Translations under genes and position numbers: made by a program
The notes under the pieces: model-generated
What the model was told of the DNA's origin: nothing
Seen by the model: the letters and a program-made list of their open reading frames with translations, nothing else
Database searches by the model: none
Shown here: one piece after another, positions 49,015 through 59,264 of the stretch
Numbering within the stretch: position 1 is the first letter of the stretch
Layout of the letters: every line of letters begins with the position of its first letter
Source: a virus
Length of the DNA stretch: 64,000 nucleotides
Virus record (IMG/VR): IMGVR_UViG_3300020200_000014
Coordinates: 21,059 to 85,058 of that record
Direction: 5' to 3' (one strand)

Positions 49015-50646
49015 TTATTTAGTGTTTTGTTGTTGGAAAGCTATTGCAGCCTTGATTAATCCTGAAAATAAAGGTGATGGTGTAGTTAATCTAGACTTAA
49101 ATTCAGGGTGAAATTGGCAAGCAGTAAAATAAGGGTGATCTTTAATCTCCATAATTTCAACCAACTTAGTTTCTGGATTAATCCCGGTCACTTTAAATTC
49201 ATTTTTATCTAATAAATCTATATATTCTTGATTAATTTCATATCTATGGCGATGTCTTTCACTTATAATCTTTTTACCATATAATTCATAAGCATGACTA
49301 TCCTTGGTTAATTCACAGTCATAAGCACCAAGACGCATGGTAGAAACTTTATTCTTTGTTAAATTTTGTTGACCTTCTACATAATGCACCACTAAGTTTT
49401 TTGAATTTGGATCGAATTCCTGACTATTAGCATCTTCTAGTCCACAAACGTTCCTAGCAAATTCAATAACTGCACATTGTAGACCTAAACAAATACCAAG
49501 AAATGGCATTTTCTTTTCTCTAACATAATGAATAGCCTTGATCTTAGATAATACGCCTCTTTTATCAAATCCACCTGGAACTATTACTCCAGATACATCC
49601 TCAAAATGCTTCCATACTCCACGCAAATCTTTAGCTGTCTCTAATTCTTCCGTTATAATCCATTTGATATTAACTTTAAAATTATTATTAATAGAGGCGT
49701 GATGTAATGCTTCTTTCAAACTCAAATATGCTTCGTCACAATTTGTATATTTGCCAACAATTCCTATGGTTACAGAAGGTAAATCTGAATCGAATTTGTC
49801 TACTAATTCACGATATTTGTGAATACGGCACATATTTCTCTTAAACCCAAACTTGTCTATTATTAAATCATCTACATTTCTATTGTAAAATTCGAGCGGC
49901 ACTTTATGGATATTGCTAACATCAGGGGCATCAAAAACAGCATCTCTTGGAATATTTGTTAAATTGGCTACTTTATCTAATATTTTAGTCGAGAATTCTA
50001 TACCAGCAGCGTTAATTAACCTGCAAATCAAGAAATCGGGCTGTAGGCCAAATGATTGTAAATTCTTAACACCCTGTTGCAAAGGTTTGGTCTTAAATTC
50101 TTTTATAATTGAAATCCAGAATATAGGTGCAACAAGACCAATTAACACATCATTCCAATATTTTTGCTTAAATTGTCTAGCTGCTTCCAGAAAAGCTTGG
50201 TTTTCAATATCTCCAATCGTACCGCCAATTTCAACCAAAACCACATCACTTTCTTTCCCTAAATCTACTAATTTTTGCTGTATCTTATTGGTTACATGAG
50301 GAATAACTTGAATTGTTTGACCTAAATATTTACCTTCATCCTCTTCTTTGTAAATTTCTTTATACAAACTACCATTTGTCAATATATTCTTTGATGAAAG
50401 ATCGACACCAACAATTCGGCTATAATGCCCAAGATCAAGGTCAGTTTCAGATTTGTCATCAAGAAGATAAACTTCCCCATGCTCATTTGGGGACAAAACT
50501 CCTGCATTATCGTTATGATACCCGTCCATTTTAATAGGAGTTACTTTATATCCACGAAGAGACAAAAGCAATCCAATAGAAGCAGCGGAGATTCCTTTGC
50601 CGATTCCAGAAATAGTAGAACCAGCAATAAAAATATATTTGCACAT
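49015..50646 (-). CDS. pyrG: CTP synthase
   Basis: SGIGKG, HGEV, DLDLGHY, GGTIGDIE, KTKP.Q, VPGGF, GICLG.Q, ERHRHRYE, QFHPEF. Confidence 0.97.
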   Translation of the reverse strand: MCKYIFIAGSTISGIGKGISAASIGLLLSLRGYKVTPIKMDGYHNDNAGVLSPNEHGEVYLLDDKSETDLDLGHYSRIVGVDLSSKNILTNGSLYKEIYKEEDEGKYLGQTIQVIPHVTNKIQQKLVDLGKESDVVLVEIGGTIGDIENQAFLEAARQFKQKYWNDVLIGLVAPIFWISIIKEFKTKPLQQGVKNLQSFGLQPDFLICRLINAAGIEFSTKILDKVANLTNIPRDAVFDAPDVSNIHKVPLEFYNRNVDDLIIDKFGFKRNMCRIHKYRELVDKFDSDLPSVTIGIVGKYTNCDEAYLSLKEALHHASINNNFKVNIKWIITEELETAKDLRGVWKHFEDVSGVIVPGGFDKRGVLSKIKAIHYVREKKMPFLGICLGLQCAVIEFARNVCGLEDANSQEFDPNSKNLVVHYVEGQQNLTKNKVSTMRLGAYDCELTKDSHAYELYGKKIISERHRHRYEINQEYIDLLDKNEFKVTGINPETKLVEIMEIKDHPYFTACQFHPEFKSRLTTPSPLFSGLIKAAIAFQQQNTK

Positions 50647-50654
50647 TTCAAACC

Positions 50655-53294
50655 TTATTTATTGAAACTAACAGGACAAGCACCAGTTGCACAATCTACA
50701 TGAGCATAATCAACATCTTCTTGCATAGCTTTCTTAATTTGATTTAATACATCTTCATATTGTGCTTTAGTTACAGGTTCTTCTGGCAAATATTCATAAC
50801 TTGCTTCTTCTTCTTGAGGCATAATTGAACAACATTTAATTTGCTTTTGGTATTTTCTAAATGTCTTCGCAAATTCCATGAAACTAATCTTTTTAGGTTC
50901 ATATTTAAGCGTAAAACTAATTTGTCCCCCACTATCTCTTTTTAGAGGTTCACCATCTTCAGTAACCCCCCTAAGCCAATATTTTTCGCCTAACATGAGC
51001 CATTTATAGTGTTCTTCTGGTCTGCACTCTCCTGCTGTAACTAATTTATCGCCAATATCCAGATTGCAAATTTCTGGTATTGTGGGGAATCCTATGATAA
51101 CAGCATTTTGATATTTTATCAACTCTCTGCAAGGATAACCATTCTTTTTGTAAGCTTCCACCAAAGGATCACTTTTGCTAAACTGCACCCATCGCAAGTA
51201 CCATTTCATTGCTGCAAGATGCCATCCCTCTGTAAGACCAAATAGCTTAGATACAGAACCACTTGGTTTTATGGTAACGTCAGTGTGTGGAGGTAATAAA
51301 CCATATTTAGCACTGTATTTTTCAGCTTCATCTTGTACTGCACGTTTGATTCTAGACAAAAACATCCAAAATTCAGCAGACTTTTCTTCATCTATTAAAT
51401 CTCTAAACCCTAATTTGAAGAATTTCCAGGCAAATTCATGAACGCCAGTTAGTCCTATGCCAATTCTATTTGTTCTTTGAACTTCCTGAGAGTAAATGCT
51501 ATCCATAGTATTTACTCTAATTAAAGCCCTGGTCATGGCCCTAGCTGCTACTTCAACTTCATCAAGAGTATCCGCATGATAAGGAACTAAATCACCAATG
51601 ACACAAAAAGCACCCCAAAGAGCAATGGGAATTTCACTACAATTATGTGATTTAAATCCGTTGCCACAATAACAATTTACTTTTGCAACATTGCAATCAT
51701 AAACTTTTTGTTTACCAATATATTTTATGCTTTTAAATTTATCGACGCTTTTATTGATTAATAATTTGTCTCCTTGTTTGATTGATTGCAATTCTATCCA
51801 ATATCGTTTTTTATTTCTTATTACTAAAAATCTATGGTTTGCTGTAGCTGTTATTGAATATCCTCTATCTATTTTTAATTCAAATACATCTTTTTCACCT
51901 ATCTCTAGAAATCCGTGAGATTTATAGGGCTTTCCATCAACGATAGCATTAAATGGCACGTCAATTAAATCTTGAACCATTTTGGGACCGCCATCAGTCA
52001 AAACCCAGGTATCACCCGTAACACACGGATTGACAATCATCCAGTATTTTTTCTTAAGTGCCTTCTTCAGCAACCTGTTCAAATAAAGGTGCGTATCGTC
52101 ATTAATTTGATATTTTCTACTTCCTACTATCTCCTTTTTAAAATTATCTGTACCTTCATAATTAACATTTAATTTGTCAACATTAATAAACCCTGGTTCG
52201 CCTGTTCCATCGCCATACGCAGCCGTTGTTGCTAATTTAAATACTTTTCTAGCATGTTTGGCCAAACTAGAATCATATTTTGGATTATTTCTCTTAAGTT
52301 CTATTAATTCCCAAAATTCTTTATCAACTAAGATCGAATTATTTGAACTCCACAAAAAACTATTTGGTTTTATGACAAAGTTTTTTCTTGTTTCAATAAT
52401 TTCTTCTACATTTTGTCCATAATATTCAATTGGTCTTTTGATTGTTATAAATTGGAATATTGTTGGGTCTTTCCAATATTTTGTAGACATGCGTGCGCTG
52501 CGCCTAGCACCACCAAAAAGCACACATTCTGCAAAGTAATGATCGACATACATTGATTGCATAAAACGTGGTAAACCGGCCCCTTTAAGAGTCAATGCTT
52601 TTTGAAATGAATTCATAAGGGGAACAGGGCCACTAGCAGGGCGATTTTGCATGCCTTTAATTAATGCCCCTTTGGGTCGCACTTTCGAGAAATCTAAAAT
52701 AAGTAATTTATCTTTATGAATTTTTTCAAAGGCTGCATTTTCCCAAACTTCTAGAGCTTTTGCCCAACCTTCTCTCGTATCTTCGACTTCATACCACAGA
52801 ATATCTTTGCCTTTTCCATATTTGTGTCTTGCATCCCTTACACTTTCATGTGCAGAATAATCATAATCAGGATGCTTATCATCAATTACACACCTTAAAT
52901 TTGGTGCATTATCCCAATTAACCAACATCATATCGTCGTCATAGCTTCTGCCTACTCCTGAACCGGACATCAAGAGATAGAACATTGCAAAACTACTACA
53001 ACTAGTTGCGCAATTCGTAAAAACTTCTTGTGTACGTTCTGGTTGTGTCTCATCGCCATGTTGTAAATGCCGTCCAGACATGATGATGACGGCTTTTTCC
53101 AGATGCTTCTTTAATATCTTATATTCTTCTTTTTGTTCTTCTTTAGAATTGCATAGTAAAGAATTGCCTAATGCGACTCGATTTGAGACATCGCCCCATG
53201 TTTCCCATTCACCGTTCTCTTTTTTTCTTAGTATTGTTCTTTCTGCTACTGCCCTTCCCATTCCAGGATAAAAATCTCTAACAAAATGACTCAT
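50655..53294 (-). CDS. nrdJ: Class II (B12-dependent) ribonucleotide reductase with intein
   Basis: NC..S, GSGVG, ASGP.PLM, GGARRSA, GEPG, NP|intein|CSEI, TIKPSGS.SKL, C-terminal CATGACP. Confidence 0.9.
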   Translation of the reverse strand: MSHFVRDFYPGMGRAVAERTILRKKENGEWETWGDVSNRVALGNSLLCNSKEEQKEEYKILKKHLEKAVIIMSGRHLQHGDETQPERTQEVFTNCATSCSSFAMFYLLMSGSGVGRSYDDDMMLVNWDNAPNLRCVIDDKHPDYDYSAHESVRDARHKYGKGKDILWYEVEDTREGWAKALEVWENAAFEKIHKDKLLILDFSKVRPKGALIKGMQNRPASGPVPLMNSFQKALTLKGAGLPRFMQSMYVDHYFAECVLFGGARRSARMSTKYWKDPTIFQFITIKRPIEYYGQNVEEIIETRKNFVIKPNSFLWSSNNSILVDKEFWELIELKRNNPKYDSSLAKHARKVFKLATTAAYGDGTGEPGFINVDKLNVNYEGTDNFKKEIVGSRKYQINDDTHLYLNRLLKKALKKKYWMIVNPCVTGDTWVLTDGGPKMVQDLIDVPFNAIVDGKPYKSHGFLEIGEKDVFELKIDRGYSITATANHRFLVIRNKKRYWIELQSIKQGDKLLINKSVDKFKSIKYIGKQKVYDCNVAKVNCYCGNGFKSHNCSEIPIALWGAFCVIGDLVPYHADTLDEVEVAARAMTRALIRVNTMDSIYSQEVQRTNRIGIGLTGVHEFAWKFFKLGFRDLIDEEKSAEFWMFLSRIKRAVQDEAEKYSAKYGLLPPHTDVTIKPSGSVSKLFGLTEGWHLAAMKWYLRWVQFSKSDPLVEAYKKNGYPCRELIKYQNAVIIGFPTIPEICNLDIGDKLVTAGECRPEEHYKWLMLGEKYWLRGVTEDGEPLKRDSGGQISFTLKYEPKKISFMEFAKTFRKYQKQIKCCSIMPQEEEASYEYLPEEPVTKAQYEDVLNQIKKAMQEDVDYAHVDCATGACPVSFNK
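51642..52025 (-). mobile_element. Mini-intein (128 aa, no endonuclease)
   Basis: CVTGDT...TANHRF...VYD...SHN|C. Confidence 0.92.
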
Positions 53295-53364
53295 CAGTGC
53301 CTCATCTATTCTAATTGTGAGAAATATTTAGGCCACTTATTTCAAAAAAATAATGAAATTTGGA

Positions 53365-54645
53365 TTAACTAAAAATATTTCTAGCTAATCGCACAGAAGA
53401 AGTTTGTTGGATTTCTCTCAACCTTATTCTTTTCGGCACAGTGACCGTGCCACTATTGAGTTGAGAAACTATGTCTCTCTCCCCTGTACTTTTTATCATA
53501 ATACCTAATGCTCCATTCACATCAGCATTAAGAGTTTTTCCTACACTTGATTTAAATAATCCCCAAGGACTACGTTTGCCAAGATATTTTTCATGGTAGC
53601 ACATCTTTTCTCCAACAAGATGATCACACTTGGAAGTATATGCTTCGTTTTGAGTTTTAAATTCAATACCATTTAACTGACACTTTGCTTGTAATTTCCA
53701 AGCAAATTTTCCAAATGATAACATTGTAAAATTTTGATTATTACGTTTGCCATTATTTGCACATTTTTGTGCTTTCCAACCTTCTCCAACAATGACATTG
53801 CCAATTTTATTGATTATGCAAATTTGCACAATTAAATTAACATATTGATTTAAATATTCATTAATTTGCCTATTTCTCTTATCACCAAAACCAAAAATTT
53901 TACTGCCATATTTAATAGATTGTTTATCATAGATAGATTGAATTTTGCTTTTTTGTTTGTTGTAATACTGATTAATGGCTTTCATTTCTTTGCCATCTAG
54001 AATAAATGATTTTCCAATATTAGATAGACAAGTTGCAAAATTATCTACTCCAATGTCTATTGATAAAACATTCTTTTTATTTAAGTCATGGTTTTTCTCC
54101 TTTACTTCATAAACAAATTCAATTTCAAACCATTTAGCATTATTTTTAGGTAAAATTCTTACTTCTTTGACTTTACCTGTTACTGTTGGTGGTACAGGAT
54201 AATGAAATTCTTTGAAATTAAACTTACTTTGTAATTCCTTTGGTACTCGTAGCGTGAACCAACCTTTGCCACACCTGTTTTCTAATATAAGATAAATAAA
54301 AACAAAATAGCTATCTTTGGGCAAGTAGCCAGGTATATTAACAGGACGATTATAATTACCACCTTGCTTCTTCTTGAGCAAGCCGAAGAATGAGCGAAAA
54401 CTACGTTCCACTATCTTCATGGTTTGTTGAGCAGCCATTGTTGGCAAATTCTTATATTCTTTCGATCCCTTCATTACATGATAAGCACTGTTATAAGTTA
54501 AGAATTGTCCACATTGAAAAAAGTATTGTCTAGTTTCATAAAGTGTAGCATTGTACAGGTTTTTACTTCTTCTGCAAATTTCTTTGAAGAATTTGAGTTG
54601 TCCTTTACCAATCTTGAGTTTATTTTTTTGAACTTTAAACATCAT
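53365..54645 (-). mobile_element. tnpB: Full-length TnpB RNA-guided nuclease, no TnpA nearby
   Basis: SKNLYN, SIDIGVDN, EAYTSKCD, NADVNGA.GI. Confidence 0.9.
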
Positions 54646-54714
54646 TTGCCTACTACTAATCTTTTTTGGGTAAGCCAAAAATATATTTTAATGGATTGCG
54701 TATGACTATGCAAT

Positions 54715-56694
54715 TCAAGTTTTTGTGGTTATTTCATTTTTCATTTCTAAATTAATAGTGTCATTGCCTTGAAGCAAATTAAGTAAATCTTTGTTGTGAT
54801 CGATAACAAAAACCTGTTTGTCTTTAGCTAACTCACAAATCATTTGATAAATACCTTCTACACCATCTTCATCCATATTCATACTTACTTCGTCTAAAAA
54901 TATAACTGAGGGATATGTGCCCCAATTTAGCATCATGATATTGGCAAAAGCTTGGCAAATACTTAAATTTAACCGACGCCTTTGGCCACCAGACATGCCT
55001 TCATATACATAAGGACGGTCATTAAATGGGAAACGATCAATGGTAGCTTTAAACTGATTGTCAAATTCAATTTTTATTTTTCCATCAATCAAAATCTGCA
55101 TCCAATAAGCTAATTTCTCGTTTAATGTAGGAATGATTCCATCAATGATATATTTTCTAATACCTCCATCACCAAAAGCTTTAATCCAAAAATCAAAATA
55201 AGGCAATTTTGCTTCAATTTCTTCTAATTTCTTCTTTTTATTATCGGAATCTTCTGTTCTATTTTTAAGTTCTTCCTCAGCTTGCGTTTTGATTTCTGTA
55301 AATGGACTTGCTCCTTCGCTTTCTGTTTGCTTAATCAACGCCTGATTCTTTAAATCTTTCATTTGTTCTTGAAGCAAATATGTATCTTTATTAGCTTCTG
55401 GTTTTCTTATGCTAGTCAATCTTGAAAGCATTGTGTGGCAATCAGTTATTTCTTTATTGAACCGTGTAATTTTACCATTGCAATCAGCCATTCCTTTTTC
55501 CATTAATTTCTTACTTTTATCATAAACAGAAAATTCATCATTTGATATTTTTAAATTTTCTCTTATTTTAATTAATTCTTCTTTAGCAGAAGTAATCTTT
55601 TGCGTAGCCACACCAATAATGTTTGAAATTTTAGATTGACTGATTGGAGCTTCGCAATAAGGACAATTTTTTTCAATATTCTTTATTTTCGCTTCATTTT
55701 CTTTTAATGTATCGCAACAAATTGTTTCATTTTGAGCCAATTTGTTAATTTTCAAAGTAAGTTTAGAACACTCGGAACTTGAACTATTATATTTTTCCGT
55801 AGCCAATGGTAGCAATTCATTGGATTTTTTCTTAGAAGCTTCGAGTTCATTTAATTTCAATTTTATTTGTTCTATTTGTTCCTGGGCATCTTCATATTTA
55901 GCCAATTCACTTCCATCATCGGTCTTGTCTAATTCTTCTCTCTTTGCTTTTATCTGTTGCAGAAGATTATTTAATTCTTTAATCTTCTGTTCTTTCCACA
56001 TTTTCTCCTTACTTTCCAAAAGCTTAAGTCTTTCTTTACAGTTGTTAATTTCATTTAAAGAATATTGATAATCATTAGCCAATAATGCAATTTCTTCTTT
56101 TACATCTTTAATTCTTTTTTTAGCTATATCATGACAAACTCTATATTTGTCTAAAGAAAGCAAACTTTCAACAATATCTCTTCTTTTATCTGCTTGGCAT
56201 TCTAAAAAATGAGAAGTGTCTGAAAAAATAAATATATTGACAAAAGTATCATAATTAATACCCAATAAGCCATTAATTAGTTTCTGTGTAGTTGGGACAC
56301 CGCCTTTAGATTCCAAAGTGTCCTCATTCCAAATATGTTCTGGGCTTGACCATAAATGCAATGTATGTTTAACTTTTTCCTTCTTAACTTCCATTGTTCT
56401 GACGAGCCTATAATCATCCCAAATGATTTCTATGCTCATTACTTTATTTTCTTGATAATTTATAACATCTACTTGGTTAGGCTTTCTTAAAGTTTCTCCA
56501 TAAAAACCATAAATGATAATGTCAGCAATAGAACTTTTACCAACACCATTACTGGATTTTTCACTAGCAGTATCTAAGTTTTTGCCCTTTATAACAACAA
56601 TATTGTTATATTCATCAAAATTTAACTCTATACCTTCTGGGCCAAAACATCTAAAATTAGTTGCCTTTAAATATCTTATTTTTAATTTTTTCAA
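54715..56694 (-). CDS. sbcC: Recombination ATPase gp46 / SbcC
   Basis: NGVGKSS, coiled coils, CPYC hook, MSGGQ, FLDE; TTG start with SD GAGGT. Confidence 0.92.
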   Translation of the reverse strand: MKKLKIRYLKATNFRCFGPEGIELNFDEYNNIVVIKGKNLDTASEKSSNGVGKSSIADIIIYGFYGETLRKPNQVDVINYQENKVMSIEIIWDDYRLVRTMEVKKEKVKHTLHLWSSPEHIWNEDTLESKGGVPTTQKLINGLLGINYDTFVNIFIFSDTSHFLECQADKRRDIVESLLSLDKYRVCHDIAKKRIKDVKEEIALLANDYQYSLNEINNCKERLKLLESKEKMWKEQKIKELNNLLQQIKAKREELDKTDDGSELAKYEDAQEQIEQIKLKLNELEASKKKSNELLPLATEKYNSSSSECSKLTLKINKLAQNETICCDTLKENEAKIKNIEKNCPYCEAPISQSKISNIIGVATQKITSAKEELIKIRENLKISNDEFSVYDKSKKLMEKGMADCNGKITRFNKEITDCHTMLSRLTSIRKPEANKDTYLLQEQMKDLKNQALIKQTESEGASPFTEIKTQAEEELKNRTEDSDNKKKKLEEIEAKLPYFDFWIKAFGDGGIRKYIIDGIIPTLNEKLAYWMQILIDGKIKIEFDNQFKATIDRFPFNDRPYVYEGMSGGQRRRLNLSICQAFANIMMLNWGTYPSVIFLDEVSMNMDEDGVEGIYQMICELAKDKQVFVIDHNKDLLNLLQGNDTINLEMKNEITTKT

Positions 56695-57325
56695 AACTTT
56701 TACCTCTAAAATAAGCATCCCATATCTTATATTCTTCATTAAACCTATCGTAAAAATACAACTTGCATCCTGCTGGTGATTTCCTCATTATTTCAGGGAT
56801 TGATAACACTTTAATTTTTTGTTTATTATGATAAAATCCATTTTCCCATTGCAAAGAATAATCTAGTTTGTAATTCCATATGTTGCTTATCTCTTTTTTA
56901 TTATGACAAGAAGCCCAAATTGCAGAAATCGAATTAATTCCGCAATCAGACAAACAATTTACAGTCCCTTTTAAGAAATCAAAATAACACAAATCGAAAG
57001 CATAAAAATCATTTATAAAATCATTCCCAGAACAAATTTTACCTTTTGCTATTTCAAAAACGTCATCAATATTATCTTGAAAAAAAGCTCTATGACTCCA
57101 AATTGCCACAATACCATTTTTGCCTTCTAAAAAATCATATAAATTTTCAACAATATTTATATTTATTTTTTTTAAATGATTAACAATTTGCAGCGATAAT
57201 CCTTCATTTATTATCGCCACATCACCAGCAAATTTAATTTTGCTTAAAGAAGCAACCCAACATATTCCGTAATCATTCCATGTTTTTGAATTAAAACTTC
57301 CAATTACAATTTTGCTTCTTTGCAT
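56657..57325 (-). CDS. Hypothetical protein (degenerate glycosyltransferase-like)
   Basis: FFQDNI..F and WNY motifs; lies between gp47 and gp46. Confidence 0.5.
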   Translation of the reverse strand: MQRSKIVIGSFNSKTWNDYGICWVASLSKIKFAGDVAIINEGLSLQIVNHLKKININIVENLYDFLEGKNGIVAIWSHRAFFQDNIDDVFEIAKGKICSGNDFINDFYAFDLCYFDFLKGTVNCLSDCGINSISAIWASCHNKKEISNIWNYKLDYSLQWENGFYHNKQKIKVLSIPEIMRKSPAGCKLYFYDRFNEEYKIWDAYFRGKSFEKIKNKIFKGN

Positions 57326-58347
57326 ATATCTTTACCAATTTCTGATAAAACCTTTTTTTCTAAAGTAGTCTCAATTTGTTCAAGATAATTTTCAATCATT
57401 TCATCCTTGTTTGTTAAAATAGCTTTTGCATCTTTAACAATGTGATCAGAATCCTTTTTGGCAATTGGTACTATCTGCAAAGTCCCAGGCCCATGAGAAT
57501 GTAATTGATTTTTTAAATTAACAAGATCAACAGTACCTACATTAGAAGTTTGTATTTTTACGAAATTATTTTTTATTTCGTGATTATCGATATCATCATC
57601 TTTTATAACTAAATGTTTAGGACTTATAGTATTTTCAATATACTGCTTTTCCTTACTCTTAAAATCGAAAATAATTAAATGTTTTTTTTGAAAAGCTTCA
57701 CCAAAATCTAACTGTAATGGCGATCCAATATATTCAATGTTATCAGAGATTTGTTGCGGAGAATGATAATGACCCAAAAAAACATGCTTCCAATGAGAAA
57801 ATGAATCCTTAGAAACTTTTATCATCTCCCCATCATGCTCAACCACAACATCAGAAATTTGAGTCGCATTCAATTTAGCCCCATCAATAGCAATATGAGC
57901 AACCAAGATTTCTGATTCATTTTTTTTTAACTCTTCCATATGTTCAAGCGGATTATGAGTAAAAGGTAAGAAGTCCACCTTGTACCCATTGATGATATGT
58001 ACACTAGGTTTATCTACTACTATTACATTTTTAATAGCAGAAAGTGGCTTTAGACTGCTAATGTTCCATTTGTCGAAATACCAAAGATCATGATTGCCTA
58101 AAAGCAAATAGACATTGAACTTATTAGAATGAGCTTCAATAAGTTCAAAAGTCAAATGATATGCTAATACATCTATTTTTTCTCGATCATGAAATAAATC
58201 ACCACCGAAAATAATATCTCGAACCTTATGTTCTTCAGCTGTCTGATATACCCATTCAAGAACTTTCAGGCAATCATGTAATCTATTAACTGATTTTTTA
58301 TGTTGAGCGACATGTAAATCGCTAAAAATTAAAGTTTTAAATCCCAT
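57304..58347 (-). CDS. sbcD: Recombination nuclease gp47 / SbcD
   Basis: SDLH, GGDLFH, GNHD, LGHYH, YIGSP.Q.DFGE. Confidence 0.92.
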   Translation of the reverse strand: MGFKTLIFSDLHVAQHKKSVNRLHDCLKVLEWVYQTAEEHKVRDIIFGGDLFHDREKIDVLAYHLTFELIEAHSNKFNVYLLLGNHDLWYFDKWNISSLKPLSAIKNVIVVDKPSVHIINGYKVDFLPFTHNPLEHMEELKKNESEILVAHIAIDGAKLNATQISDVVVEHDGEMIKVSKDSFSHWKHVFLGHYHSPQQISDNIEYIGSPLQLDFGEAFQKKHLIIFDFKSKEKQYIENTISPKHLVIKDDDIDNHEIKNNFVKIQTSNVGTVDLVNLKNQLHSHGPGTLQIVPIAKKDSDHIVKDAKAILTNKDEMIENYLEQIETTLEKKVLSEIGKDICKEAKL

Positions 58348-58382
58348 TAGACTTAAAACTTTAACAATAATTTAAACTAAAG

Positions 58383-58685
58383 TCAATTCTTATTACCAAC
58401 AATCTTATCTAGGATGTCCCATATATCAGGAGTCTTCATCTTAAATACAGGTTGTTGAGGAGGAGCGCCGCCACCCATCGGAGGACCACCCATTCCACCC
58501 ATTGGAGGAGGAGGCCCACCACCGCCCATTGGAGGAGGCGGACCACCTATTCCACCCATTGGAGGAGGAGCGCCGCCGCCAAGAGGAGATGGACCACCAG
58601 GAAGACCAGCAGGAGAAGCAATTCCCCCAGGTCCGCCAGGCAAAGGTGCTTCCATTAATTCGTAAAATTCTCTAAATGTCTTCAC
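58383..58685 (-). CDS. Pro/Gly-rich low-complexity protein with capsid-targeting N-terminus
   Basis: MKTFREFYELME then PPPMGG repeats; TATAAATA at 58687-58694. Confidence 0.7.
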   Translation of the reverse strand: MKTFREFYELMEAPLPGGPGGIASPAGLPGGPSPLGGGAPPPMGGIGGPPPPMGGGGPPPPMGGMGGPPMGGGAPPQQPVFKMKTPDIWDILDKIVGNKN

Positions 58686-58730
58686 TTATTTATATATTGA
58701 TTTTTGCCACATTTCTGTTATATTGAGATA

Positions 58731-59264
58731 ATGAAGAAACTAAAATCAAAATCTCTGTCTATTTTTTTCCACAAATCAATTAGACATCTCCTGCCTTATC
58801 CTCCATCAATTGGAATTTTCGAACTAAATCATGTTGCTGATTACGAAAAGTGTCCAGATACATGGAAAAGAGATGGATTTTTTATTGGGATAAATGAAGA
58901 AGAAGCTCTTTTTTTTCATTTTGATACCCTAAACGAAATGGCAATTATAATCAACAAAGATGATAAAAATGCTCTAACTAACGAAAAAAGTAATTTGGTT
59001 TTAAAAGAAGGAAATCATCTTATATCGCCTCCAAAAAAAATACTTGATTTTTGGTTCGAATTTGACAAGGCCGGTCATCAATTTATTCCTCCAGCTAAAA
59101 TAGAAATCATTACATTTGAAACAAAAATAAGACCTCTTGATATATTTGAAATTTATTTAATTGATAAAAACCAATTCAAAGAAATAACAGATCAAGATTT
59201 ACCACCTATCGCAAAAGCAACTCAAGAATACATTACTACCTTAATGAATGGAACAAATAGCTAA
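58731..59264 (+). CDS. Hypothetical protein
   Basis: ORF from ATG 58731. Confidence 0.55.
   Translation: MKKLKSKSLSIFFHKSIRHLLPYPPSIGIFELNHVADYEKCPDTWKRDGFFIGINEEEALFFHFDTLNEMAIIINKDDKNALTNEKSNLVLKEGNHLISPPKKILDFWFEFDKAGHQFIPPAKIEIITFETKIRPLDIFEIYLIDKNQFKEITDQDLPPIAKATQEYITTLMNGTNS

Noticed and set aside
53295-54714. CRISPR array / Cas12f system at the TnpB genes
   Set aside because: No repeat-spacer array seen next to either TnpB or elsewhere in the window
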